Source: Ministeria vibrans ATCC 50519 (lineage: Eukaryota > Protista > Filasterea). Taken from it: a stretch of DNA of 40,560 nucleotides. Positions 1-10,267 of this stretch are shown here, in pieces; position 1 is the first letter of the stretch; each line of letters starts with the position of its first letter. The stretch is taken from NCBI GenBank assembly GCA_943704425.1, contig CALSCP010002083.1, forward strand, positions 1-40,560. Direction: 5' to 3'. The notes beneath the pieces were generated by a model that was not told the DNA's origin, made no database searches, and was given only the letters and a program-made list of their open reading frames with translations. The translations under genes were made by a program, and so were the position numbers.

Positions 1-6
1 TGGTGG

Positions 7-49
<43 letters not shown>

Positions 50-153
50 TGTGTGAGAGAGAGAGAGAGAGAAAGAGAGAGAGTGTGTGTGTGTGTGTGT
101 TGTAATTATGGTGGTTGTGTGTGTGTGTGTGTGTGTGCGAGAGAGAGAGAGAG

Positions 154-207
<54 letters not shown>

Positions 208-365
208 AGAGAGATAGAGTGTGTGTGTGTGTGTGTGTGTGTGTTGTAATTATGGTGGTTGTGTGTGTGTTGTAATTATGGTGGTTGTGTGTGTGGTTGT
301 GTGTTTGTTTTGTGTCTGTTATGGTGGTTGTGTGTTTTTTTTTGTGTGTGTTGTCTCTGTGTGTC
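1..365. repeat. Compound (GT)n/(GA)n microsatellite with repeated TTGTAATTATGGTGGTT units (probably intronic in PRPF31)
   Basis: Direct reading of the sequence. Confidence 0.95.
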
Positions 366-389
366 CCACTCACGTTTGTCGCTCTGTAG

Positions 390-1232
390 TCTCGTGATGG
401 CAAGTGCGGCCTTGAGTTTAGAAACGTATCGCTGCCGAGGGTGTAATTTCGTAAGAGACGTGCTTACCATGCGGTTGTGCGTAGGACATCATTGGCAAGT
501 TGGACAAACTGCAAGAGGCAGCGCCACAGCGGACGCAGAAGGTATGCGTACGCCATGGCGTGTCTCGGGTGTGCTTACTCGGGTGTTGTTGTTGTGTGTA
601 GGCCCTGCCAGCACCCGACGAGATCAAGCCGAAAAAGCGCGCCGGTCGCAAGATCCGAAAGCAGAAGGAGAAGTATCAGGAGACTGAACTCAGGAAACAG
701 GTGAGAACAGACGCGCTGTGGGCTGTTGGTTTGACTCTGTGTTGTGTTTGGGTGTGCGTAGCAAAACCGACTAACGTTTGGGCCGAGCGAGGCGGGTGAT
801 GACAGTGACATTCTCGGGGAGACGATGGGTCCTGGCCGGGGCGGAGGGGTGCGCGGAGTGCAGGTCGAGGCGCGCACCAAGGTCAAACTCACGGCGAAGC
901 AGCAAAGGCAATTGCAGGTGCACCCCCATTGCGACGCACGTCTGTGCAGCACACGCTCTTAATCCTTGTTGCTTGTGTATGTAGAAACAACAACTGACTC
1001 AGGGCATCTTTGGCTCAGCCGTGTCGGGCACCGCCAGCAGTGTGGCCTTTACTCCGATGCAGGTCACACACAGACACCCCCACCTTTGGCTTTCTTCACC
1101 TTCTTGTTTTATCTGTAGGGTCTTGAGATTTACAATCCGGCTGTGGCGCAGGCCGAGAAGAAGGAGACGACAGACAAGTACTTTGGGGCCCAGTCGAGCT
1201 TTATGAAAGTCAAGACCCCAATGCCCAAATAA
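390..1232 (+). CDS. PRPF31: U4/U6.U5 tri-snRNP protein Prp31, 3' part (exons 390-425, 485-541, 602-700, 762-917, 985-1062, 1119-1232)
   Basis: Splicing at GT-AG phase-0 introns gives ...KLQEAAPQRTQKALPAPDEIKPKKRAGRKIRKQKEKYQETELRKQQNRLTFG...SGTASSVAFTPMQGLEIYNP...KYFG, the typical Prp31 C-terminal motifs. The 5' exons lie outside the window. Confidence 0.92.
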
Positions 1233-1496
1233 AAATAAACTCTTTTCATACTTGATCGGTCGATTGTATGTTACCAGATATATTAATAATTCAGTGTGAA
1301 TCCGACCAAGTTTCACCTGCTGAATTGTGTGTCGGACGTGACTACCTTTATACTTTTTATTATTATTTCGAATTCAGTCAGTCTTCATTTTGAATGCTCT
1401 TTCTCATTTCACAATTCACAGTTTCACACTTTTTTCTCGGTCTCAATCACACACACCCTCACGTTCTGTCGGATACTACCTATACACTTGCTTGAC

Positions 1497-2027
1497 ATGT
1501 CCTGGGTCCCGAATGTGCCGGCCGAAGCCGCCTACACCGACGCGGACGAGTATTACCATGCCATTTCGTCGCGCAGCGCCATCGGCCCTCCACCCTGCAA
1601 CGTCCCCTTGCGGATGCCTCCGCCTCCGCTGCCCGCTCAGTTCCACCGTGTGCAGTACATTCTCGACGGCGACTATGCGCGTGCATGCGATGCGGCCATC
1701 CACGACATGCGAAACGACATCAAGCAGTTCCTCCACGACCCCAATGCGCCGCTCCCCAAGCGCCCCGACACAATCACCGTTCTCCCTCCCTCTCAGATGC
1801 GTTCTCGTGGCTTCTCTTCGTCGTCTGCCGTCGCGTCGCAGGAACCCGCGACCCCTGCGACGCCCACAAACGCCCACCGGTCGGGCAGTCAGGGTGCGCC
1901 GTCGACGCCCCTCGACTCCCATTCACCAGCGACCCCCGCTTCGCTCAAGACCAAGCGAGGCACTTCGGTGTCGCTTGAGGCGTTCCTTGCGGCGCGCAAG
2001 AGACGTGCAGCCGAAATGGGCAAGTGA
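1497..2027 (+). CDS. Hypothetical Pro/Ser/Thr-rich protein
   Basis: GC-rich single-exon ORF from ATG 1497 (MSWVPNVP...), with an upstream TCAGTC initiator-like motif at 1374. Confidence 0.65.
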   Translation: MSWVPNVPAEAAYTDADEYYHAISSRSAIGPPPCNVPLRMPPPPLPAQFHRVQYILDGDYARACDAAIHDMRNDIKQFLHDPNAPLPKRPDTITVLPPSQMRSRGFSSSSAVASQEPATPATPTNAHRSGSQGAPSTPLDSHSPATPASLKTKRGTSVSLEAFLAARKRRAAEMGK

Positions 2028-2133
2028 GACAAACCCACCAAAATGTAAGAAGTGTACTTTATTTTCTTGTGAGAAGACCGTCTGTGGATAACTTCAGTAG
2101 ATATGTGTGCAGGTGTGACTGTATGCGTAAAAG

Positions 2134-2146
2134 ATATATATGTATG

Positions 2147-2201
<55 letters not shown>
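2134..2201. repeat. (TA)n(GA)n microsatellite
   Basis: Direct reading. Confidence 0.9.
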
Positions 2202-2204
<3 letters not shown>

Positions 2205-4567
2205 GGGGTGGGGTGAGTGAGGGTGAGGGGCTTCAATGCTCATGAGTGGGGTGTTTTGGTGTCACTTTGGTGTACCCAATCGTTCCTTGAGATGCAAATT
2301 AAACCACGACTCCCAGTCTCTCGCCCATGTCTCTCGCAACTCCGCTGGTTGAGAAGACCCGTACACCGACGAACACTTTTGCTCTCTATCTCCTTCGTGG
2401 GAGTCAGAGGGAAATCTACAACAGTACTCTGTTGGTCTTTTCCTCCTCTCTACGCGTCTTCTTCTATTGTCACTGTCTCACTCTTTGGTCCCTCACTTCT
2501 CTATGTTGAATCTGATTCTAGCGCCGAGGGGCGTCACAATGTGCCGTGACGCGCGTAGTGGTGTTGAATGCTCTGCGATCGTCGCTTTCATCTTCCGGCG
2601 GTGACTTAGTTGCACACTCGTATCCCATCTGCTCCTCTTTAGCATCTGCTCGCTTCCGTGGTTCGATCACAGCGAGTCGTTAACCCGACTTGGTGCAATT
2701 CGTTTGCGTCCAGGCGTTCACTCTTTCCTCTTCAATCATCTTCTCGTTTCCCTATAGCAGCAGGATCGTTCTTTCGTCTCCTTCTGCGCCCATAGCCTTT
2801 CGCTGCCCGCTGCCTTGACGTCTTTATCAGCTCTCAAAACCGCCCTTGCCGTCGGTTCGACTCGTAGCTGCAGACGCCTCCGCATACACGACTCGTAGCA
2901 GTAGCCAATCAGCGACTCGACTTACTGGGCGACGGGAGTCAAACAGAAGTGCCCTTGGAGCAAGTGGAAGAGGCTGAAGAAGGCGACGACTAAAGCGGTT
3001 AAAGGTGCGCAGAAGTGGTACCAGAACCGCGCCAAGACGAGTAACAGTGGGAGAAACGACGCTCATGTTAATGACAACAACTGAGAGTGAGAGTGAGTGA
3101 TAGAGAACCACTACGCGTTACGGCACTTCGTGACGCCCATGCGGGGGTGAAGCAGCCGCTTCGGATGGCTATATTGTCTTGTACAATGAAGCTCAAGCTT
3201 GCCCTAGGACTTCCAAAAAAAACCCCCCCCTTCGTGACGCCCCTCCGCAGCTGGATTAGTTTCCGCATGAGGAGTGATGATGATTGTTTTGTTTTTGGGT
3301 TGTTTTTTCGTTTTCCTAAAGAGTGTGTTCCAAAAAAAAAAAGTGTTGCAGAGAGAGAAAAAATAACTTATAACTCTTACCCAACAGCCCAAGTGTGGGC
3401 TGTTGGGTGAGAGGGATGGGTGCCCCAATTGGGTCTTTTGGGCGTGCAGGGTTGCTATTGACACACGCAGGTCTGTATTATCATCGTCTGAGAGTCTTAA
3501 GAATGTTGGCTTGTATATGAAAGGTTACCTGAAAGTTTAATTAAAAAAAAACACGACTCGTAGCTGCAGACGCCTTCACATGCACACGTTCCTGTTTCCG
3601 TCCTGACCAAAAAAATACTATCACGCGACGTGTGTAACGTCAAATCGAGCTGTAAAAAACTCGGTTTCGGCCGAACGGTGAAAAAACGTAAGCGCTTGAA
3701 ATTAAGCCGTGTACAAAAATAGTCCGGTTATTTTGGTGACATTTGTAATCATCTTTCGCCGCACATACGCTGTTAAAGTGATATGTGTTTGTCAAAACAT
3801 ATGTACGCCGAATCACTGACATAATTTTGATAAGTACTGAAATATCTAATGCGCGAAATATTAATCAAATCAATCAGATTTGAAATTGTAAACCGTACAA
3901 GACTAGCGCATTTAATAAAAAACGTGTTTATAGAACCAACCCGAGTGCGGATGGTGTCTTGAGTCTTTTCATCAGCAAGGCTGCAAGTGATAGACAGTGT
4001 TGCAATCACGACTACTCTTTCGAGTTAAGCTTATGAACGCGATTGTATTCAGACGTTTTACACATACTCGACTCAAGCATCTTATGAGGCCCGCTCGGAA
4101 TACATCGCGATCCTTATGAGTCGCACACATCAAAAATAGAGGATACTATAAGAACAATCTTGGTAGCAAGACAAAACAGGAAGTAACAAAGACAAAAACG
4201 GTCCACCAAAAGTAAAAGAGAACCCCTACTACTCTTTCAGTGAGAAGAGCAACGAATGCTCCGCCAACAATGTGTTGCTAGCTATTGATACACATTGTCG
4301 CAGTTATACATTGAATTGCTTCAATGAAAAATCCTGAAAATTGTAAAGTTGAGGAGAATATTTAGTATACAACTAAATAACAACCTTGAAAAACATGTCG
4401 TCACTGCCTCGTTGCTATGGTCGTTGTCAACTTAGTCGCGTTTAATATACACATTAAACACACTCGCAGATAACAATGTAATAATTATAATGATGAATCT
4501 GATAAATCACAACGCTTTGTACTTATACTGAGCTTTTTCCAGCTGCGTCAAGTCACAATGGACTCTG

Positions 4568-5467
4568 TCAACATCGTATTCGGCGTACCACTAAAAAGAA
4601 GAACAGCCAAGCAAGAAGATTCAGCACGATTGAAGGTGCACCAGCGGAGTATACCCAGAACACAGTGATGAACGAAGCTGAGAAGGTGATCCATGCGCCT
4701 GAGAAGAACAGCTCCATGGAGCTCAAGAGAGGCCATGTTGTATACATAATGGGAATGCTGAGCAAACCGGCGAAAATCTGACCAATTTTGGTGCTAGGAA
4801 CAAGAAGGAGAGAGAAATGCAAAATGATAGAAACAAGTGATAGAGAGAACAACGTAAGGAGAGAGTGTGTGTGTGTGTGTGAGAGGTGAGATGAGCACAA
4901 CGCACGGATCATTCTGTTTGGGGTGTACTGGCGTGCGTGAGAGGAAGGAGTCAGCCCCGAGAGAGTAGAATTGCGAAGTGCAAGCGCAGCGGTGATGATG
5001 CAGCCAGTCATGGCGAGCATTTCGGCGAGCACTGTTGGGGCGAAACACATCAGAGAACTGAACCGGAAAATACGTCTTACAGATGCGCTCGATTCCCTCG
5101 CCATTCTCGTCAGTGAGTACGCGATGGGAGTCAATCTGACCAGGAGAGGTGCGCTCGTACACGGCGAGTCCAGCATAGGCAATGGCGGCGCACTTGAAAC
5201 GACCGATCATCACAACGCAATCTCATCTACCGCACTGCATACCAATCCCATCAGAGCGACGATTCTCCTGGTTCTTCTGTTCAACTGTTCGTTCTCGATA
5301 CGCAGCTCGTCCAGCAGTTTCTTTTGATCTGGGACAAACAGAGAGGAGACGCAATGAGAAAGCGACAAGTTCAGCTCAGCAACACGTGCTGGCGTACCTG
5401 CTTCGTCCATGAAGACGTCACCATCCACAGGCACCGTATTTCCACGTCGAGAGCGCGTTTTGCTCAT
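4568..5467 (-). CDS. Hypothetical multi-exon membrane protein (exon structure unresolved)
   Basis: ATG 5467 (MSKTRSRRGN...), a coiled segment DQKKLLDELRIENEQLN, and a hydrophobic last exon ending at 4568. Confidence 0.35.
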
Positions 5468-5567
5468 GTATTCAGATTGAGGTGAATAAAATTGTGTGTG
5501 TTGAAAATCCAAATTATTTTTGATTTTGTCAAGTCAAGAATCAGTCTTTTACATCTCTCGTCCATTC

Positions 5568-6218
5568 ATGGAGCAGCTTCTGCTCGAACTCGCGCTTCGC
5601 AACAGCAGACAGATCCTTGATGCCAAACCCAGCGGAGGAGCAGCAGCGACAGGGGCGACAGGCGGGGCTCCAAAGAGAGCGGAGACGCGGGCGGTGGCGG
5701 CGCAAGCAACACGGAATGTGTATGTGACGCCTGCGATGGTCCCTGTGGTGCAGCAGTCGGTGACGGCGCACCGCGAGAAGCTGCACGAAGAGCACCTGCT
5801 GTCACGCGCCGCACAGTTCTTTGAATCGACGAGCCGACGGCAGCAGCAGCAACTGCAGGAGCAGCAGCACTTGCAGCAGCAGGAGCAGCACTTGCAGGGC
5901 CAGCAGCAGGGGCAGCAACAACAGCCATTGCAGCCACCTCAGGCGTCGTCGTCGTTTCCAACGTCGTCAAGTGCACCAAGCACACGGACAGGTTCCGAGT
6001 CGACAGGCCAAGGGAGTGCCGACATCGGCAGTGCGGCGTCGCGTCCGCTTGCTTCGAGCAGTGGCGAGCGAATGCGCCAGCAACGCAAACAGAAGCTGGC
6101 CGACCTCGCCATTTTGCATGCAAACAAGACCCGGCGCGTGGAGAAACTACGAAGAACACAGCAGCGCCTTGAAAAGCAAATTGTGCTTCTTCAGCAGCTG
6201 TTAGGAGAGGAGAGCTGA
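5568..6218 (+). CDS. Hypothetical polyQ/coiled-coil protein
   Basis: ORF from ATG 5568 with GC-rich codon usage and a Q-rich tract; TCAGTC motif at 5541. Confidence 0.65.
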   Translation: MEQLLLELALRNSRQILDAKPSGGAAATGATGGAPKRAETRAVAAQATRNVYVTPAMVPVVQQSVTAHREKLHEEHLLSRAAQFFESTSRRQQQQLQEQQHLQQQEQHLQGQQQGQQQQPLQPPQASSSFPTSSSAPSTRTGSESTGQGSADIGSAASRPLASSSGERMRQQRKQKLADLAILHANKTRRVEKLRRTQQRLEKQIVLLQQLLGEES

Positions 6219-6767
6219 AAGCGCGGTCGCCCCTCGTTTGTGTGCATGTTTGTTCCTCTTGAGATCAGCACAGCAGCAAGACGACCGCCTACCGCACATC
6301 AATGGTAGTGTACCGTGCGGAGTCTAACCGAATGTAAAAGCATGGCTTTGAAGGGCCTTTGAAGGTTGATTTTGATGTCTAGTCCACTACACTCTGTAGT
6401 CGCAGCATAGTCATCTGTCGTGAGTTTGTTTTTCAAATTCGTAGAGGGGGTGCTTAAACACACTACCACGGCTACTTCCAGACACTTTATGGCCATCGAC
6501 TCAACCATTGCGAAACGTACGTCTGAAGTGGGAATCGTCTTTCAGCACAAAAAGACGTTTAGTACTGCTCGACCAGACAACGAGAAGCGCTTTGTGTTTT
6601 TGCGCTCACCCTCCCCTCTCATACACAAGCAATCCCCAGGCCAGCCGCACACACACAGTCATCCCCCCTTTCTGGAGATACACTTCGCACACTTGCCTTG
6701 CCGGTTTCACTATGAGCAATGCGGAGGGAGAGCGATGATGAAAGATTACTCAACCCGCATTCGCGAG

Positions 6768-6804
6768 TATAAAAGCGCGAATTGAAATTGGAATTGAATC
6801 AGTC
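6768..6804 (+). promoter_or_regulatory. Putative TATA box plus initiator upstream of the tRNA cluster
   Basis: TATAAAAG at 6768-6775 and TCAGTC at 6799-6804 (~30 nt spacing). TCAGTC also precedes host CDSs at 1374 and 5541. Confidence 0.35.
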
Positions 6805-6863
6805 GAGTTCGTCTCTTCTCACCGCTTCACTCAACCATCAGCATTTACCCACACACAAAACAC

Positions 6864-6936
6864 GTCCTTTTGGTCTATTGGAAAAGACGCCGTCTTCACG
6901 AAGACGGAGAATCGAGATCGAAACTCGACGAGGATA
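6864..6936 (+). tRNA. Atypical tRNA (Val-CAC-like) with 8-nt anticodon loop TTCACGAA, T-loop ATCGAAA, followed by CCA
   Basis: Cloverleaf GTCCTTT-TG-GTCT ATTGGAAA AGAC-G-CCGTC TTCACGAA GACGG-AGAA-TCGAG ATCGAAA CTCGA-CGAGGAT-A-CCA. Confidence 0.65.
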
Positions 6937-6944
6937 CCAACCGC

Positions 6945-7015
6945 GTCCCTGTCGTCCACTGGAAGGACATCGCCTCGACTCGGCGAAGAAGCAAGATCAA
7001 AACTTGCCAGGGACA
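6945..7015 (+). tRNA. trnV: tRNA-Val(GAC), atypical (C33, U37, A54/A60)
   Basis: GTCCCTG-TC-GTCC ACTGGAA GGAC-A-TCGCC TCGACTC GGCGA-AGAA-GCAAG ATCAAAA CTTGC-CAGGGAC-A; all stems pair perfectly. Confidence 0.75.
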
Positions 7016-7039
7016 TTGACCACACATACACCACACCAC

Positions 7040-7110
7040 ACACTCGTCGTCCAATGGAAGGACATTGCTTTTACACAGCAAATACGGGAGATCAATACTC
7101 TCCGAGTGTA
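7040..7110 (+). tRNA. trnV: tRNA-Val(TAC), copy 1 (A1:U72, T-loop ATCAATA)
   Basis: ACACTCG-TC-GTCC AATGGAA GGAC-A-TTGCT TTTACAC AGCAA-ATAC-GGGAG ATCAATA CTCTC-CGAGTGT-A. Confidence 0.8.
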
Positions 7111-7139
7111 TTGTATTGGGCTTGTTTGTTTGTATTTAT

Positions 7140-7211
7140 GGGCGTATCGTCTAATGGATAGGATGCGGCGCTTCGAACGCTTCGATGGGGGTTCGAATCC
7201 CTCTATGCCCT
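7140..7211 (+). tRNA. trnR: tRNA-Arg(TCG)
   Basis: GGGCGTA/TATGCCC acceptor stem, D-loop AATGGATA, anticodon loop CTTCGAA, T-loop TTCGAAT. Confidence 0.85.
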
Positions 7212-7309
7212 ATTGGCGCAAGCCAAAACAAACAAGACCCACACAAAATTGAAACGCGGAGAAATCAATGACATACAGCTGGCTCGCTGGTTGGTTTCTT
7301 TTTGATTTT

Positions 7310-7381
7310 GGGCGTATGGTCTAATGGATAGGACGCGGTGTTGCGGACGCCGAGATGAGGGTTCGATTCCCTCTATGCCCT
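7310..7381 (+). tRNA. trnR: tRNA-Arg(GCG)
   Basis: Paralog of 7140-7211; anticodon arm CGGTG TTGCGGA CGCCG. Confidence 0.85.
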
Positions 7382-7463
7382 ATTGGCACATTATTGTGCC
7401 AAAAAAAGAAACCGCGCCACGAAATTGTCGGAGGTTTCCGTCGAAGAGGAACCATAAAAAATT

Positions 7464-7502
7464 GTCCCTGTGTCGCAGCAAGATCAAATTTTGCCGGGGA
7501 CA
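7464..7502 (+). pseudogene. Internally deleted copy of tRNA-Val(GAC)
   Basis: GTCCCTG...GCAAGATCAAATTTTGCCGGGGACA keeps the acceptor and T arms but lacks the D and anticodon arms. It has nearly the same downstream spacer (TTGACCACACA...) as 6945-7015. Confidence 0.7.
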
Positions 7503-7519
7503 TTGACCACACACACCAC

Positions 7520-7590
7520 ACACTCGTCGTCCAATGGAAGGACATTGCTTTTACACAGCAAATACGGGGGATCAATACTCTCCGAGTGTA
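7520..7590 (+). tRNA. trnV: tRNA-Val(TAC), copy 2
   Basis: Identical to 7040-7110 except one T-stem base. Confidence 0.8.
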
Positions 7591-7601
7591 CTATTTTATG
7601 T

Positions 7602-7675
7602 GGGACATTAGCACAAGTAAGTGGAAGTGCACCGGCGACGAGCCGAAGATGGGAGTTCGAATCTCCCGTGTTCCA
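7602..7675 (+). pseudogene. tRNA-like sequence with 5-nt anticodon loop (GACGA) and enlarged D-loop
   Basis: GGGACAT/GTGTTCC acceptor, GCAC/GTGC D-stem, CGGC GACGA GCCG, GGGAG TTCGAAT CTCCC. Confidence 0.6.
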
Positions 7676-7691
7676 TCTTTTTACTATTTAC

Positions 7692-7746
7692 GGGCAGACT
7701 GGTGTGTTGTAGTGTACAATTGAGGGTTCAAATCCCTTAGTGTCCA
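7692..7746 (+). pseudogene. Degenerate tRNA remnant
   Basis: T-arm GAGGG TTCAAAT CCCTT and GGGCA/TGTCC ends; D arm missing. Confidence 0.45.
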
Positions 7747-7787
7747 AACAGTCCAGGATACGGACTACAAAAAGTGCACTTTTCTTT

Positions 7788-7858
7788 GGGGCAGCAGTTC
7801 AATGGTAGAACAACTGGTTTGGAACCAGTCGACGGGAGTTCGATTCTCCTCTGCTCCA
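7788..7858 (+). tRNA. tRNA with Ala body (G3:U70) and Pro anticodon TGG (C at position 8)
   Basis: Differs from the adjacent tRNA-Ala(TGC) only at position 8 (T>C) and the anticodon (TGC>TGG). Confidence 0.7.
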
Positions 7859-7886
7859 AAACAAAGCAAACTATTTATTATTACAT

Positions 7887-7957
7887 GGGGCAGTAGTTCA
7901 ATGGTAGAACAACTGGTTTGCAACCAGTCGACGGGAGTTCGATTCTCCTCTGCTCCA
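7887..7957 (+). tRNA. trnA: tRNA-Ala(TGC)
   Basis: GGGGCAG/CTGCTCC-A with G3:U70; anticodon loop TTTGCAA; T-loop TTCGATT. Confidence 0.9.
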
Positions 7958-7998
7958 AACATCTGCTCCAAAACAAAGCAAACTATTTATTATTACAT

Positions 7999-8069
7999 GG
8001 GGCAGTAGTTCAATGGTAGAACAACTGGTTTGCAACCAGTCGACGGGAGTTCGATTCTCCTCTCCTCCA
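7999..8069 (+). tRNA. trnA: tRNA-Ala(TGC), copy with one acceptor-stem mismatch
   Basis: Tandem duplicate including its leader; 3' strand reads CTCCTCC instead of CTGCTCC. Confidence 0.8.
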
Positions 8070-8130
8070 AACAATCAATAATCAAAATAAAATTCGTTAC
8101 TAGTTTTTGTTTACAAAGACAATAATAGAA

Positions 8131-8367
8131 TTAGTGTGGTGCCGTAAGACGCTTCCAGGCATCGCTTTCACGACGAATAAACGCAAATTGGCGCGTGCAG
8201 CTGAGGAGCGTTTCGGAAGCTTTTGATACTTTGTCTGCACCGCAATGATCCAGAGGAACAAGCTAATTATTTAAGAGAAGAATTAAGCAAACTCATAGTC
8301 AACAACAAACATAATAAAAACAATAATTAATTTTATAATAAAAATAATAATAATAATAATTATTATT

Positions 8368-8405
<38 letters not shown>

Positions 8406-9664
8406 TATTTGTATATGGAAAAATTAAACAACAAAAATTTGTTCTACCTGAAACCGTTTTGACGCATCCTGTCCAAAGACAGAAGGCTTCCAGTCATTGT
8501 TGTCAAACATGTCCTCGTAAATGGCCCAACCTAAGCGGGCCGCAGCAAGTGCGATACGGCGCTGGTGCACCTCCTGGCAGGTGGGCTCTGCATCGAACAT
8601 TGGATCAATCCGTCTCAAAGCAATGTTGATGCTCTCAACGTCGCTTAGACTTTCCCAAATAGCAAAACCTTGAAACCCCTCATCGCACAGCCTCCGTGCA
8701 ATGCTAAGTTTGCCACTGCGACCTATTTCTTGATCCACCATTTCTATCTAAAACCGACAATTCTTATTAGTATTATAATAATATTATTATTAAAAGTTAT
8801 TAATTATCTTTTTGTTAGGTTTACCTGAATAATAGATGTCCTTGGTAGAATACCTTGAGCTGCGTCAATCACCAACAACTCTTTGCCGTCCACATCGATT
8901 TTCAAGACACCAATGTGCTCCTCGTTGGAAAGGACGCTGTCCAGCCGCTCACTGGCCGGTTGAGTCTGAACTGTGTCATGCAGTGCCACACGGGACTCCC
9001 AACCATTCAGTCTAATGTTTGTCATGGCAAGCAGACGCCCGTATCCCATCACAATGCCGGTCTCAAACAGATGCACGAAGTGGCCGTGCGCCAGCAAGAG
9101 CCAGGCAGAGACGCCGTCGCTCGCTCCCACATCAACCGCAACTCCCGTGTTATTTTTGCCCACCGCCAGTTCCTGCAGGTATGGCAGCGCGTCACAGTCG
9201 TGCTCGCTGCCATCATTGTGCGCTGATGTGTGATCGGTGACGAATGCAACGTGATTGTCCATTGAAATGCCAATCATGCAGAGCTTGAATGCTTCCTTGT
9301 ATGCGACGGTCATCGGCGCGAAAGGCAGCCCAAAGAGCCTCTTCTCAAGCCCGTCAATCTCATCGAGGCCGAAAAGATCCGACAAGTCCGCGGGTACGAA
9401 ATGACCGGCTCTGATATGCAGTTGGCATGTCTCCGGCGTCGTGCTGAGATCGGACGACGGCTGAAACACCCGAAGCTTCTCTGCGCCTGGAACCGGAACC
9501 CACTCACCCAGATGGTCAGGTGCCGGAGGCAATCGTGCAGGGAACGGTGCCCGGCCCGACGGATTTGACACAACGTCTGAGTACAGGAGCAGTAGGACTG
9601 CTACAACGCACAGTGCGATTTTGCTCTGCAACTTCAGTCGACAACATCTTTGCCAGCATCCCAT
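8131..9664 (-). CDS. FkbM-family SAM-dependent methyltransferase with N-terminal anchor (exons approx. 9664-8825, 8747-8448, ~8262-8131)
   Basis: VAVDVGASDG SAM-binding motif, VHLFE, RLDSVL...IGVLKIDVDGKELLVI; N-terminal hydrophobic segment; GT-AG introns. Confidence 0.8.
8344..8405. repeat. (TAA)n microsatellite (intronic)
   Basis: Direct reading. Confidence 0.9.
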
Positions 9665-9685
9665 CGTGTTGCGAGGCAAACCAGC

Positions 9686-10010
9686 NNNNNNNNNNNNNNN
9701 NNNNNNNNNNNNNNNNNNNNNNNNNNNNNNNNNNNNNNNNNNNNNNNNNNNNNNNNNNNNNNNNNNNNNNNNNNNNNNNNNNNNNNNNNNNNNNNNNNNN
9801 NNNNNNNNNNNNNNNNNNNNNNNNNNNNNNNNNNNNNNNNNNNNNNNNNNNNNNNNNNNNNNNNNNNNNNNNNNNNNNNNNNNNNNNNNNNNNNNNNNNN
9901 NNNNNNNNNNNNNNNNNNNNNNNNNNNNNNNNNNNNNNNNNNNNNNNNNNNNNNNNNNNNNNNNNNNNNNNNNNNNNNNNNNNNNNNNNNNNNNNNNNNN
10001 NNNNNNNNNN
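9686..10010. other. Assembly gap
   Basis: Run of N. Confidence 1.
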
Positions 10011-10267
10011 CAAAAGAGTGTACTGTACTTCTTCTGACTTGGTCGTTCTTGCAATCCCCGTGTGAAAGAATGTAATTACAAACGTTGTTGTTCGTTCAAA
10101 AATTCGTCTGCTTCGCCTCCTTGCAAAAAAAAAGCGCTCGTGAGCTCCAAGAACCTGCCATGCAAGGCGAGACGCGGTCGAGGAGAAGACGAAGAGAATT
10201 TCGCATTTCTTGCGAACCATCCCTTTGTTCAGACGCACTGCCAGCGTCTCTCGTATGCATCGGCACC

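Noticed and set aside
11-687. ORFs made of CV/ER repeats
   Set aside because: Translations of microsatellites; the real coding signal is the spliced PRPF31.
2858-3575. 22-bp direct repeat CGACTCGTAGCTGCAGACGCCT (~2858 and ~3554) and short ORFs between
   Set aside because: No transposase, TSD or convincing gene model could be supported.
4971-5327. Plus-strand 118-aa ORF
   Set aside because: Overlaps a more plausible minus-strand spliced gene and has no recognisable motif.
7788-8069. Three ~100-bp direct repeats resembling a CRISPR array
   Set aside because: The repeats are tRNA cloverleafs with near-identical spacers; no cas genes.
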